DNA of 64,000 nt, from NCBI GenBank assembly GCA_964016885.1, contig OZ024742.1, forward strand, positions 274,350,001 to 274,414,000, read 5' to 3'. How positions within the stretch are numbered: position 1 is the stretch's first letter; every line of letters begins with the position of its first letter. Shown one piece after another: positions 22,600 through 36,680 of this stretch. Under the pieces are notes generated by a model. That model was not told where the DNA came from. It was given only the letters and a program-made list of their open reading frames with translations, and searched no databases. The translations under genes and the position numbers were made by a program. The DNA is from Eledone cirrhosa (taxonomy: Eukaryota).

Positions 22600-24897
22600 A
22601 GTGCTTTTGTGACTGCCTCAAACAATTCGAATGGTATCTGCTATATTGCCATACAATTGCAATTTAAAGATCAATTCAAACACCTATAAAAACACCATAT
22701 ACACTAATAAAAACGAACTCCCACGAGGCAGTTGGAGACTAGAGAGGAATATTCTCAAAGAGAATATATTCCGATATTCTCGTGGAGAAACCCACACCGA
22801 TTCGGACGGAAGATTCACACACCCTTCCACGAAAAGCAAAAGGTAAATCTCTCTCTCAGTTGCTTCCTCCCACCTTATCAAGATTGGTCCCATACATAAT
22901 AGGCCGCATAAATGGATGCGAATTGGGGTCGTCCTGAAAGCAAGACCACCTGTTCAACGACCTCAGGTCAGTGAACATATAGATGTGGTGGCCAACAAAG
23001 AGACCAGAATATCTGAGTCACACCTTTTTACGGCGGCTTCGAGCTGTACGCATCCCCAAGCCATCCTGGATCTGGAGGCAGAATAGCGACCGGCTTTGGC
23101 CCATTTTCGGAGGGGTTTTGCTGCCATGCACAGTGACATCTGCTCTGTGGTGAGCGTGAACCGTCACCATTTGTAAAATTAAACATCATGCGTTCTGTCA
23201 ACCAAGGTTGTCCCCTCTCCTTCCTGTTGTATGTATTGAAAGTAGAGTCATTACTTCACAAACTGGAGACGTTCAGGGGCATCCCGCGTGAACTGGGATG
23301 ATGGATAACAGGGTCAGTTCATGCCGATGACGTCGCCATAGTGGTTTCGAAAGCAAAACATATCGAAGATGCACTACTCTACGAGAATATGAGGCGGTGA
23401 CAGGAGCAAAGATTAACAAAGAGACGTCGGTTGGCCTGCAGCTCGACACCTACAGAGTCAGGTATATACCATCCAACAGCGTCATAGGGCTCTGGAAAGA
23501 GGGAGTGGTTAAATTGCTAAAGGTCTGGTTTGGTCCGGATCTCCAGATTGACAGAATCTTGGACGAGGTGACGAGAAAAGTGGCTTTTCTCACACAAAAT
23601 TGGGCCGAGGGAAATATTTCCGTGGAAAGTTGGCGTACGCGTACATCGCATCCGTCATCTACGACCACCTGACCGTCGTGCCTTGTCTTACGCCTCTCCT
23701 GACAGACTGGAGTGTTTACCTTTCTTTTCCTTTTATTGTGGAAAGGACGCACACCGATGGTCAGGCCGTCCATCTTCTGTCAACAACCGCTAAGTGGATG
23801 TCTTGTCAGATGATGCGCAGACAGGACTTCTGCAGAACCTCCTCGTCGATGATCAGGTGTGGTCAACTTTTGATGGCATGTTTTCCTCAGCTCTTCTCCT
23901 TGAAAGTGCTGTAATCCCTGGTCAATCGGAAACCGAGAGGGGGCGCTTACAAATTGGAATGTCAACAAGTGTTCACTGCCCGTTGTCAAACGGGCACTGA
24001 GATTGGCGGAATCTCCACCTACGCGTTCCATAGAGGGTTAGTGTAGGGCAAGAAAGACGACGTCCTTGGGGAATCTCTGGGTGTCGACGAAAGCCAAAAA
24101 GCTATTCCCTTCGGGAGGAATTTCGGTCCAGACCGAATGGATAATTTCTAGAAGTGCCTGGCTCAGCAGATTTACCAGGGAGGTAGATATGGAAGTGACG
24201 TCAAAAGGGACTGTCAGAGAAGCAAGCAGGATGAAGAGACCGTCTTGCACGCAATCGTTCAGTGTTGGAGCATTGATGACTTGTAGATTCATGTCGAACG
24301 TGTGCTTTCCTGTGTAGGGCGGATCCGTTTATCAACCGCCTACATTGTCAAGATTATCCGGTCGCCTCATTTTAGTCAAGAAGTGCAGGCCGTTTTTATA
24401 TGTCTTGTGGCCGTTGCAACAGTGGCTGTACGATGAACCAGCATCAAAGCTTTAAAGACGAGCGATTTCCTCTTTCGAGGAGTATGCCTGATTAACTTCT
24501 TCAGATTCCACTTGCGGGGGAAAATAGCGTGAAGAGAGAAGTCATGCCTTCAAACTAATTTGTTGAAAGGTGGGGTGAGAGAAGCGAGCATGGCCCGAGT
24601 GAAGGGCCCGCTCTGGGTGTAAGCCTGTACATTGAACAAGTACAACTGGGACAAGGTATTAAAGACCAAAGCATGAGTGGTTTTATGGGGTTCTTTCAAC
24701 GAATGAACCTTGAACGTCTGCTTCTTATTGAGGAACATTTTTTGTTTTAATTCTATTAATATCTTTTTTATAATATTGTTAAAATGTGTTTAAACGCACA
24801 GCCATCACAGGAACACACTCTGTGTTTTCTTCCTGTACTGTCATAATATTTTACTAGATGTGGACCTGTTGTGGTTAATAAAGAAATCATCATCATC
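22600..24897 (+). mobile_element. Tx1/L1-clade non-LTR element, internally deleted and decayed
   Basis: APE start (HLFNDLRS...DVVA..ETR), RT remnants (QGCPLS, HADDV, KLLKVWFGPDL), 3' end TGTGGTTAATAAAGAAA(TCA)n. Confidence 0.85.
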
Positions 24898-25468
24898 TGT
24901 CGCATTTAGGACGGATCCGGCTATCATCTGAGTCCATCGTGAGGATTGCCCCGCCCTCCTCCTTTAGCCGGCAAGGGCAGGCAGTTTTTATCTGTCTGGT
25001 GGCCATGACGAAAGAGATACTATGGTGGACACGTTTGAAAGGGCTGAAGACGAGCACTTACCTCTTCGGTGATGCTCTGATTGACTTTTTCAAATTTCAT
25101 TTGAAAAGGAAAATCAGAGTAGAGTGGGAAGTGCTCTCTTCCCAGCATTTTGTTGAAAGATGGGTGAGAGAAGCAAGAATGGCCCGAGTGAATGGGCCTA
25201 CTCTGAGTATATATCTGTAAATTAAAGGTGGAATACTGGGAGAGGGCACTTGCCTTGGTGGTCAGGGTCATTGTGGCCTTTTACTGGGCTTTCTCCACAA
25301 ATATCCCTCCGAAGTCTCCCCCCTATTGGGGAATTTTTCATTGTTATTTTTTGTTACATCCTCTGTTTTTGTTTTTTACACGAAGAAATGCCCATTTGTA
25401 CCGTCCTGTATTGTCCTGCACTGTCCTTAATGTCTACTTTATGTAGACCCTTGTGGTTAATAAAGAAA

Positions 25469-25527
<59 letters not shown>

Positions 25528-25528
25528 T
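24898..25528 (+). mobile_element. Tx1-like 3' fragment with (TTA)n tail
   Basis: Near-identical (inverted) to 41333-41900; ends CCCTTGTGGTTAATAAAGAAATC(ATT)n. Confidence 0.9.
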
Positions 25529-26462
25529 GAGTCTCAGACATTAATGTTATTTAACTGGAAAGTGTGTTGAAATAAATATCAAGCCATTACCTGCAGCCTC
25601 AAATATTCAGGACGTATCGGAGGGTTCTTGCTGTTCCCATCAAACATGCGTTTTGAAGTGTTTCAAAAGGCGGGGCTGGACTAATTTTCTTTAACCATGC
25701 TTGGAAACTCTTTGAGATAGTACCTAGTGCGCCTATGAAAAGTGGGACCATTCTGACTTCATGGCAGTTCCAAATCCTTTTTACATCCCATTTTAAGTCC
25801 TGGTATCGGTTAATTTTCTCCCTCTCCTTCGCTTGCTCTCTCGTACCGAATGGGCTGGCTACATCTACAATCAGGCACGATCTTTTTTCCTTGTCCAAAA
25901 CCACCAGGTCAGGCCTATTGTGTTACAGTTGCTTGTCCGTCTGTATCCTAAAATCCCATAGCACCTTCACCTGATCTTTTTCTATCACCGACTCTGGCCT
26001 ATGCTCATACCACTTCTCAGAATGAGGTAAAGTGTTTACTTTGCATAGGTGCCGGTGGATCACCCTGCCCATCACATCATGTCTCCAGCCTTTATAGTGA
26101 GTCTGGGCTAGGTGTTTACACTCGGATACAATGTGAGCCACAGTCTCCTCTCTCTCTCTCCACAGATGCTACACAGTGGGCTAGCCTCCTCCTTGTAAAT
26201 ATGGTGTTTCAGCCACTTCGCTTTGAGGGCCTGTTCTTGCGCAGCCATTAGCATTCCTTCTGTAGCCTTTTTAAGGTCACCTCTTTAAGGTCTCCTCTTT
26301 TTAAATAGTTTAAATAGACCAATCTCCTTCCAGATTTCATGCATCCGTTTCCTATAGCCTTCTTTCTTGGGGTTACTGTTCAGGTAACATTGCATAATAT
26401 TTCCATTCAATTTTTTCGTCCAGTTGGTTCTTATCCATTTCCTTCTTCTTCTTTCTGCAAAA

Positions 26463-26496
<34 letters not shown>

Positions 26497-26630
26497 GTTC
26501 TTTGAGTCTCAGTCATTGATGTTATTTAACTGGAAAGTTTGTGTGATATGAATATCAAGCCACTACCTGCAGCCTCAGATATTCAGGACGTATCGGAGGG
26601 TTATTGCTGTTCCCAGAAAGCATGCCTTTT
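25529..26630 (-). mobile_element. R4/Dong-like fragments (RLE domain, 5' piece, second 3' tail)
   Basis: HIVSEC..LAQ..Y..RHD, LWDFRIQTD, RPDLVV.D..LIVDVA.P, K..RYQDL; tails run into (TAA)n on the sense strand. Confidence 0.88.
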
Positions 26631-29600
26631 GAAGTGTTCGGTCCGGACCTGCAGATGGAGAAAAACTGGAGCGAGATGACGAGCGGGTTGGCCTCTCTCA
26701 CCCAGAAATGGGCCGAGAGGAAGCTGTCCCTGAAAGATCGGGCAGAGGTGGCGAATGCGTTCATCGCTAAACGCAGAGATCAAGATTTTGGCCAAGGTTC
26801 TAGCAAAGAGTTTGGCGCTTGTCATCGTTGGTCTGGTGGGAGAGGCGCAGACATGCATCATTACAGACAGATTTATCCAAGACAAACTCTAACCCATGTG
26901 GATACGGTGGCTAACGAACTAGGCAGGGGTGTCCTTAATCAATTTACATCAGTTGAAAGCTTTCGATAAGGTCGGCTATCGTTATCTGGCGGCTGTCCTG
27001 AAGGCAGCTGGCTTTGGACCCGTCTTCAGAGGCTGGATCGCTGCCATGCACAGCGACATCTCCTCTGTGGTGGGAGTGAATGGTCGCATTTCGGAATCGT
27101 TCATCATCATGCGCTCGATCCCTGTTATACGTATTGTCTCTCGAGCCATTACTGCACAATCTGTAGACCTTGATGTAGGTTCCGTGCGAACTGGCATGCG
27201 GAAGAACCGTGTCAGCATATGCAGACGACGTCACCGTAGTGTTGTCGAAGGCCAAACACATCGAGGCGAACGTCACCACACTAAGAGAATACGAGACGGT
27301 GACAAGAGCAATGATCAACCAGGAAAAGTCGGTGTGCCTGTAGCTCGGCACCTGGAGAAGCAGGTCCATGCCGTCCAACATCGTCTTGTGTTGGACGTAC
27401 GGACCGGTTAAATTGCTAGGAACCTCCAGTCGGACAAAAATTGGGACGAAGTGACGAGCAGGGTGGTCTCTCTTACTCAGAAATGGGCCGAGAGGAAACT
27501 ACCCCTGAAAGGTTGAACGGAGGTGGCGAACGCGTACATCGCGTCCGTCATCTACTACCGCCTGACCGTCGTGCCTTGTCTTAAGCCTCACCTGATTGCG
27601 CTAGAACGTTTGCTCTTTCGCTTTTTGTGGAAGAGTCGTGCCCCAACAATCAGGATGTCCATCTGCTGTCAACACCCGCTACGCGGAGGTGTGAGCGCGC
27701 TGTGGCTGATGAAGCGCAGACATGCGCTTACGCTACAGCATCTCCACCTCTTCCTCGCCTGTTATCAGGTGTGGTAGCCGTTTCCTAGACGCGTGTTTTC
27801 CCAACGCGTCTCCTTTATGGAGCTGCAGTCTTGAGTAAAGCGAAGACCGAGAGGGGGGGGGGGGGGGCTTGGAGACTGGAATGTCTTCAGCACCCCATAA
27901 CGCTGTCGGGTGGCCTTATTTGCCTCTCCAGGTGGATTAGTGGAGGGAAAGTGCGACGACGTCCTTGGAGAGCATATGGGCGTCCACGAAAATGAACTAG
28001 CCAATCTCTTCGGGCGAATTTTCGGGCCTGACTCCATTGACAACTTCGAGAAATCTCTGGCCTGGCAGTCCTAGTGAGCAGCTTTGCCAGTTCGAGGCAC
28101 AAACTCTCCCCAAGCAGACGTCGAGGTTGCCCTGAGGTGCATCATCGGAGATACAGAGTACGTAGCGAGTGGTCGACAGTACGGCACCATCTCGATGCTG
28201 TTTAAGTCAAAGTCCCTCGCTTTGAAGCACTAGACGACTCCTTTCAAACCAGCAAGGTTATTATGTACCCCTCCCACATGGGAAAAAGAACCATTAGTGT
28301 CCGTATTCCCAGGATTTCACCTGGACTAGATATGTAGTGGCTCCCGGGATGCGTGATTGTGGAGGGGTCAGATGCCATCCCAATAGAGGTAACCAGAACA
28401 GGAAGAGAGGACAGGTCCGGGGTTGATCTGGCAAGTATCTCCAGATCAAATGTGAAGAAATAAAGAAAATCCCAGAGCAGATCCGCCTCGAAAACGGGAC
28501 GGCTCTACAAGTAATGGGTGAGGGCAAAAGGTTGCATAGTTTCGGTCGCGAGTCTTCTGCCCTCAACTATTAAATCATGCAAGGGGTCAAAAGTCTCCGC
28601 TGTTGCCAACGCCGGGGGCTCATTGCGAAACAACAATACCAACAACAAATTCTGCAGCAGCGACACCAGCAGAACCAACATCAACTGCAAAGTCCACCAA
28701 TACCACACAGGGTCCACACCAAAGAAGCTCTCCCGCTTCCCCCCTCATGAATATACACACACACACCCATACACACACTCCACTTACATCTGACACAAAC
28801 ACACAAACCTCTTCATCCCTGAGCGAAGATGAGGAGGAACACCATAACCCCCAAAATTACAAAAAAGAAAATAAGAAATCGCACACACCAACAGAAACAA
28901 CAAACAAAAAAGACACATTGGCACCAAACACATACACACATACTACAACACCCTCCCCCGAAACAACACAACCGTCATCACAAACACGATCTCCACCAAC
29001 AAACTACCACGAATACAAACAACTAAACGAAATCACACACAGCAACAACTTACAACCACAACACCTAACTTCGTGTTAGCGAGGAAATCGAACACAAATC
29101 TACTGAACCTCATACCACGAAGCAAGGAAATAGAGAAAGAAGGAGAGGTGTTTAACACCTGCACCTTCAATGTGCCACAAACACTTTTGCTGGTGCGAAT
29201 GGCATTAAACAATTATAAAACCATTAGGGAGAGCTTCCCCATCGACGTGGGAACACCCAGTGTAAAAGCCTCAAGTAGGCTTTTTAAGGGGTTCCCAAAG
29301 AAAACGTACCAGTAATGGAGGTCGAACCACCCTACCTTCACAAGAGCCCGGCAGGTCTGAGATCGTTGAGCAGGGTCACCAGCTCAACGACTTCAGGTCT
29401 CTAGAAATGGATGTAATTGCCGTCAGTGAGACCAGGATTTCCGACACGCATGCACTAGCCCCCATTTTCGACGTCAATCAGATATTCGAATCTGTTAGTC
29501 GGCCGGAAATGGGAGGTGGGGTGGAAGTGCTGTTTAGAAAAGGCCTGGATCTCGAGGTAAGTTCGATTTTCCGCAAGCCGGACGGTAAGTTGGTGGTACC

Positions 29601-32600
29601 TTTAGACTGGTGGCCTTCTACGCCCCTAGCGGAGCAGGACGACCGGATTTCTTTCGATGCCTGGAAGACTGTCTGTGTATGTCTCGCCCTTTACTGTTAG
29701 CGGGGAACTGCAACGGCATTTTAGACGCACGCTGGGTCTGTGTGAGAGTATCCGATAGGAGCGGGTGGTGCAAAAGCCTCAAATACCTGATCAGCCAGTA
29801 CCTGATCACCCCGTCCACGTAAGGCTTACATGGACTGGGTCAACAATTTAGTTAAGAACAAGTTGACAGGGAGAATCAACAATAGATGGTGGAGGGTTCT
29901 CAAAAGAGATATTAGAATAATGTCGATAGGTTTTAGCAAAGAAGTAGCGTTAGAGAAATTAGAAAGGAGGGGGAAGTGGTAGATACGTTAGACGAGGCTA
30001 TATGTAAAGGCATTGCAACTGATGTGCTAGCGGCGAAAATAGCATTAGATCATATCTTCAATGCGAATCACGGAGGTTGCACTGTCAGAGCTAAGGCGCG
30101 TGCTTTGAGAAACGAGGGAACCAGAACTGTACAATGGGCCCGCGTGGCAGAGGTGCAGCGTGGTAATAAAACCGCGATCTTTGACCGACCGAGACGGACC
30201 GAGACGGACACGAGCTGAGCGAATCTAAGCGGATGTGTGAGGCATTTCGCCAACATATTTCTCAATTGTTCGGGGGGAAATAGCTGGTCAGAGACGGTGA
30301 CGCACTTCAGTCTTTACCTCGATGGCTTTCCCCAACTCACGACGGCCGACGCTGAGCGCTGCCAAAGGTCGAATACTTCAGCCGAAATTCAGGATGCACT
30401 TGTCGGCTGCACGAGGGCAAGTCACTCTGTTTGGATGCGCTGCCCTACAAGCTGTAAGAAAATATGCCAGACTTGTTCTCCGATCTCCTAGAGGCGCTCT
30501 ACTGCAACTAGCAGCAGAACGGGAATATTCCCAGTTCTGTGAGCCGTGGCGTAGTGACGCTGAAAAGGAAAGAGGAGAACAAAAAGGACATATGAGACAA
30601 TTTCAGGCCCATAAATCTGCTCAACACAGAGTTTAAGGTTTTGGCTAAGGTGCTAGCGAAAAGATTGGCACTTGTCGCCGCGGATTCGGTTGGGGAGGCG
30701 CAAACTTTCGCAATCCCGACCAGATCCATAGACGACAACCTCCACGTGATGTGATACATCATAGAGTGGGTAGGGTGTAAACATGGCTTCGGTGGTGCAC
30801 TGATCAATTTAGATCAATCGAAAGGATTCGACAGGCTCGACCAGCGGTACTTTGAGACTGTGCTCAAGGCAGTTGGAGAGGCAAGTCCATGACGTCCAAC
30901 AGCGTCGTTGGGCACTGGATGCACGAACCGGTAAAGTTGTTCGTTGTTTGGTTCTGGCCAGACCTACAGGTGGATAAGAATTGGGACGAGGTGACGGGCA
31001 GAGTAGCCAGTCTCCCCCAGAAATGGGCTGCGATGAAGCTGTCACTGAAAGGTCGCACGGAGGTGGCGAATGAATAGATCGCGTCCGTCATCTACTGCCG
31101 CCTGACCATCGTTCCTTGCCACCGTTCGGGCCTCGCCAGCTTGGAACGGCTACTCTTCAAACTATTGTGAATGGGACAGGTTCCGTTGGTGAGGCGGTCC
31201 ATCTACTGCCAGCAACCTCCACGTGGAGGGCTGGGTATGCTGTGGCATGCACCGGAGGACGTTCGAGCCGGGGACAATGGATAATTTCCGAAAATCCCTC
31301 GCTTGGCAGTGCTACCGGGAGGCACTGTCGGTTCGAAATAAACTCTACAGGCACGGAAGTGCTGTGAGACGGATCTGCCCGATATGCACGCAGAGCGACG
31401 AAACCTATCTGCACGCACACGTCTAGTGTCCGTATATTACAGACTTGTGGAGTTATGTCGAACAGCTGTTGACGCGTGTAGCAGAGATCCGGTTCTCGGG
31501 CGAGTCCATAGTGAAGATCGACCCGCCGCCTTCTTTTGGCCAGGAAGGGCAGGCAATTTTCTTCTGTCTGGTGTCAGTAGCGAAAGAAGTTGTATGGTGG
31601 ACCAGGTTGAAAGATCTGAAGACAGACACTTTCCTCTTCGGTCAATCCCTCATCAACCTTTTCAACTTTCACTTTGAAAGGAAGGTCAGGCTGAAGAGAG
31701 AAGTGCCACCCACCAGTACATTTCCGAGAAAGGCCGGTGTGAGTGGGCCTACTCTGATTTTAAGATTTTTCCCAAGGTGTTAGCAAAGAGATTGGCGCTT
31801 GTCGTCGCGGATTTGGTTGCGGGGCGCAAACTTGTGCAATCCCAGCCAGGTCCATACACGACAATCTCCACCTCATGCGGTGCATCATAGCGAGGGTAGC
31901 TGTAAACCTGGCTTCGGTGGGGCACTGATCAAGTTAGATCAATCGAAAGCATTCGATAGGGTCGACTATCAGTATCTGGAGTTTGTCCTCAAAGCAGCTG
32001 GCTTAGGCCCTGTCTTCAGAAGCTGGATCGCTGCAATGCACAGCTGCACATGCTCGGTGATCAAGGTTAATGGCCACATCTTTAACCATTTCGGCTCTCC
32101 CGATCGGTCCGTCAAGGGTGCCCTCTCTCTTCCCTTCCGTACGTATTGACTCTCGATCCTTTACTGTGGAAGCTGGAGCTGTTGCAGGGCATCCCGCTCG
32201 AACCGGACGTAGACAGGCGGTGTCGGCTTATGCGGACGACATCACCGTGATGGTGTCGGACACCTCAGAAATCGAGTTGGTCGGGACCTTATTAAAGGAA
32301 TATGAAAGGTTGACAGCAGCCAAACTTAACCCGGAAAAGTCGGTGGGCTTGCAGCTCGGAACCTGGGGAGGAAAGCCTATGCCGTCCAACAGCGTTGTGG
32401 GGCGCTGTACAGACGGACCGGTAAAGTTGCTCGGGGTTTGGTTCGGACCAGACCTCCAGGTGGAAAAGAATTGGGACGAGGCAACGAGCAGGGTTGTCAG
32501 TCTCACACAAAAATGAGCTGGAAGGAAGCTATCACTGAAAGGTCGCGCGGAGGTGGCGAGTGCATACATCGCGTCCATCAACTACTACCGCCTGACCGTC

Positions 32601-33880
32601 GTGCCTTGTCCCCGTCCGCGCCTCGTCAAGTTGGAACGGCTCTTCCTCAAATTCTTGTGGAAGGGACAAGTTCCATTGGTGAGGCGGTCCATCTGCTGCC
32701 AGCACCATCTACGCGGAGGGCTCTGCATGCCCTGGCTAATGATCCGCAGACATGCGCTGAGGCTGCGACATCTCCAGATATTCTGCCTAAACGGAGAACA
32801 GGTGTGGTCGCTGTTTACCAGACGGGCCTTTCTGCAGCTCGTTTCTTTGACTGAGCTGCAGTCCTGGGTCAAGGAGAGACCGAGACTGGGTGACTGGCAC
32901 CTGGAATATTGCCAGGCACTCACTGCCCTCTACCAAGCGGGCAATGCGATCGTAGAACTTCCACTCTCGAGTTCTTAAGAGGATTAGTGGTGGACAAGTG
33001 CGATGACGCACTCGGAGAATCTTTTGGCCTCGACGAAGTCGAACTGACCAGTCTGTACCGGAGGACTTTCGAGCCGGAGACGATCGACAATTTCCAGAAA
33101 TCCCTCACTTGGCAGTGCTACCGGGGGTCACTGGTTGTTTGGGATAAACTCTACAGGCACGGTAGTGCTGTCAGACGGACCTGCCCAAGATGCGCACAGA
33201 CTGACGAAACCGTTCTGCACGCACTTGTCCAATGTCCGTGCATTACTGACTTGTGGAGTTATGTCGAACAGCTACTGTCGCTTGTGGAACGAATCCGGCT
33301 ATCGACCGAGTCCATAGTGAAAATCGACCCGCCGCCTTCCTTTGGTGCGTAAGTACAGGCAATTTTCTTCTGTCTGGTGGCCGTTGCGAAAGAGTTTATA
33401 TAGTGGACCAGATTAAAAGGACTGAAGACAGACACTTTTCTCTTCGGCAAATCCCTCATCAACTTCTTCAAGTTTCACCTGGAAAGGAAGGTGAGGGTGG
33501 AGAGAAAAGTTCTGCCCCCCAGTACATTTGCTAAAAGGTGGATGAATGTGGCGAGAATGGCCCGTATTAATGGGCCTACTCTGACCATGCGGCTATAGGC
33601 TAGTAAACTTGAGGAGAGGGGTGCTCTCCCTGAGTGCCCTAGAAGCGCAGGGTGGTTCAGGATTGGTGGGATCCCTGAGTCACCCCTGGGTCGTCCACCC
33701 CCTATAGGGGAAATTATTTTGTTATATTTATGCATAGTTTATTTTATATATTTTATATCTTCATTTTTAAATTAGTCTTGCTATTGTGCACTGTTACTCG
33801 ACCTTATTGTAAACCCCACTGTATTCGTATTGTCCCCTACATGTCGGCCCTTGTGGCCAATAAATGAAATCATTATTTTT
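26630..33880 (+). mobile_element. Scrambled cluster of at least three Tx1-like copies (RT pieces, ORF1, APE, RT, zf-RVT, 3' end)
   Basis: KAFDKV/KAFDRVD, AYADDIT, LSLKGRAEVA, GGL.MP, CPRCAQTDETVLHALVQC; MDVIAVSETRI (29407); 3' tail at 33846-33877. Confidence 0.88.
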
Positions 33881-33889
33881 ATCATTAAT

Positions 33890-34064
33890 TGGATTGGCCG
33901 TATCGGTAGATGGTCGGACGCCATGCTTTGCAGCAAAGATTTACGGCCTTTTATGACCTAAGTTCAAATCCCGCCGATGTTTAAATAAAGTAAAATAAAG
34001 TACCAGTAATACACTGTAATAATTGCTGGCCTTGTGCCAAAAGTTGAAAATTATTATTATTATT
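33890..34064 (+). mobile_element. Decayed SINE copy
   Basis: GGATTGGCCGTATCGGTAGA head, AGTTCAAATCC B-box, GGCCTTGTGCCAAAAGTTGAAA(ATT)n tail; core partly deleted. Confidence 0.8.
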
Positions 34065-34080
34065 GTTGTTGTAGTTGTTG

Positions 34081-35150
34081 AGCTAATTCCTTTAGCCTTG
34101 TTCTTTTTCTCTGTTGCCGTGTTCAATTGATGTTTTCATTATAGAGAGAGAAGTCGTCTAAGAGAATAAGGTGTTCCTACTAGTGTTTGTGGTCGTCCTC
34201 CACATGCACTTGATCTCTATTTCCTGGTCCTTGCATCTTCACAGTGTTTCCATTGTTTTTTATAGATGTATTTTTAACAGCTGGTACGGAGTTATCTATA
34301 AGGCTACATATCCGATCATTTTTTTTTATGGTGATATCTGGCCTGTTGGCAGCGATTTCTCGGTCGGTTATCACAGGCCTGACCCACAAGATGGATATTT
34401 TGCCCTTTTCCATGACTGTTTTTGGTTAATGTTCATACCATCCGTTAGAAGTATGTGTGAGGCAGAGTATCCGGTGCACATATTTGGCAATGCGGTTGTG
34501 TCTTTCGATATAGTCAGTTTTTGCCAGCTCTGGACACCCGGATCTACCGTTTCTTTACGTTTGTAGCATATTTTGCATAGAAGGCTACTCGGATCATTCA
34601 CTATCATGTATCTATAGGCCCGAGTGCTTAGACATTCGTCTTGAGCAGCAAGTAAGAGTCTCTCAGTCTCTGCTTTCAAACCAGCACTCTTTTGTTGATT
34701 TTCTATGGGTATGTCTTGTTCCATATTTCGATTTTGCCTAAATTTCATTGGCTCTTTTGTTATTGAGTGTAGTTTGTTACTTGTTTTCTGCTTCAGTAGA
34801 GGTATAAGAAGTTCATCGCGGGTGTGGTGGAAGTAGCTATCGAATCCGAAGTTTTCTGTTTTGTATGCAGCTTCCAGTTGTCGGAGCCCCCTTCCAAATT
34901 CTCTCCTTAAGATATACAATCTAATTACACCGACTTTAGACGGGTGCATTTTTTCCATTCTCAATAGATTATTTATCTTAGTGTCTATCCTTTATAGTTC
35001 TTGCAGGTTCCAGTTTATGATGTTAAAGTTGTATGTTACAACTGGTACTGCTAATCTGTTAATGGCTCTGAACTTGATGTAGGAGTTTGGCTCACTTTTT
35101 GTTGCCAGTCCCCGTCTCATTATGTACTCCTTCCGTTTCTTTTCTTTCAT
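34081..35150 (-). mobile_element. R4/Dong-like element, third family, 3' fragment
   Basis: MHP....RLY..R...GRGL, GLKAETE..LLAAQD, CKIC...ETVD, ANRPDITI...CSLID.SVP. Confidence 0.85.
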
Positions 35151-36471
35151 ACTTGCATGCTGGATTCCATCACCTTCATTAACTCGAAGAAATTTATAGA
35201 CGTGATATGAGCGAAAATTAACCAGAAAACATCTATCGGCCTACAAGTCGGCACATGGAGGTGCAGGTCCATGCCGTCTAACAGTGTAGTCGGAAGCTGA
35301 CCGGACGGGTCGGTTGAATTATTCGGGGAGCTGTTTGTCCAGACGGACAAGCATTGGTATGAGGTGAGGAACACAGTAGCCAATCTCACCCTGAAAGGTA
35401 GGCCAGAGGTGGCGAACACATTCATCGAGTCCGACATCTACCACCGCTTGACCGTCGTGACTTATCCCAAACCCGTCTACTGCACTGGAACGTTTGCTCT
35501 TCCCATTCTTGTGGAAAGGAAGTGTTACGATTGTCAGGCTTTCCATCTGTTGTCAACAGTCCCTGCGTGGAGGACTGGGAATGTGGTGCCTTATGATGCG
35601 CAGACATGCGCTGAGGCTACGGCCTCTCTATCTCTTCCTTAACGGTGAACAGTTGTGGTCTCCACATGGGTCTAGCGGAGACCGAGGGAGAGCGCTTGGA
35701 AATGGAATGTCACCACGCGCATAAAGCCTTTCAGCAACCGGGCAATATGATCGGTTAAAAGCGTGCTTTGGCGTTCTATAGAGGCTTAGTAGAAGTCAAA
35801 AGCGACGACGTTCTTAAGGAAAATCTAGACACAAACGAAAATCAGCTAGCCTCTATTTTCGGAAGGACATTCGGTCCAGAGCCCATAGATAATTTCCGGA
35901 AATCCCTGGCATGGCAGTGCTACAGAGGAGCTTTGCCATTTCGAGATAAACTCTACAGACACGGAAGTACTGTCAGCCGGGACTGTCCATTCAGTTATCA
36001 GCAGCGTTCATTGTCCCACCGCCTTCTTTTTGTCAAGAAGGGCAGGCCGTTTCTATATGTCTAGTGGCTATGGCCAAAGAGGTTGTATAGTGGATACTTG
36101 AGGAGGAAAACTAGGGTAGGGAGAGAAGTGTTGCCTTCAAAGCAATTTGTTGAAATGTGGCTGAGACAAGCAAGCATGGCCAGAGTGAATTGGCTTGCTC
36201 TCGATGTAATCCTTTAGATTGGAGGTGTCCAAATGGGATAGGGCCTTAAAGATCAGAGCATCCGTTATTTTATGGGTTTTTTCACGAATCACCCTCGAAT
36301 GCATCCTCTCTATTGGGGAACCCTCTTTGTTTTAATTTTATTATCTTTTTTTTTTAACATTGTTAAACACTGTTTGCACGCAAAACCCAGACACGAACAC
36401 ACACAAACTATATTTTCGTCCTGTAGTCTTAATGTTTTTTCTTGACGTGGACACTTCATGGTCAATACAGA

Positions 36472-36473
<2 letters not shown>
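35150..36473 (+). mobile_element. Tx1-like 3' half, decayed
   Basis: LTLKGRPEVAN, GGLGM, DNFRKSLAWQCYRGAL. Confidence 0.82.
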
Positions 36474-36521
<48 letters not shown>

Positions 36522-36680
36522 TTTCTTTATTAACCACAAGGGTTTACATAAAGTAGACATTAAGGACAGTGCAGGACAATACAAGACGGTACAAATGGGC
36601 ATTTCTGCGTGTAAAAAACAAAAACAGAGGATGTAACAAAAAAAAACAATGAAAAATTCCCCAATAGGGGAAGAAGGCAC
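36474..36680 (-). mobile_element. Tx1-like 3' tail with (TTA)n
   Basis: Reverse complement of 25320-25528. Confidence 0.88.
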
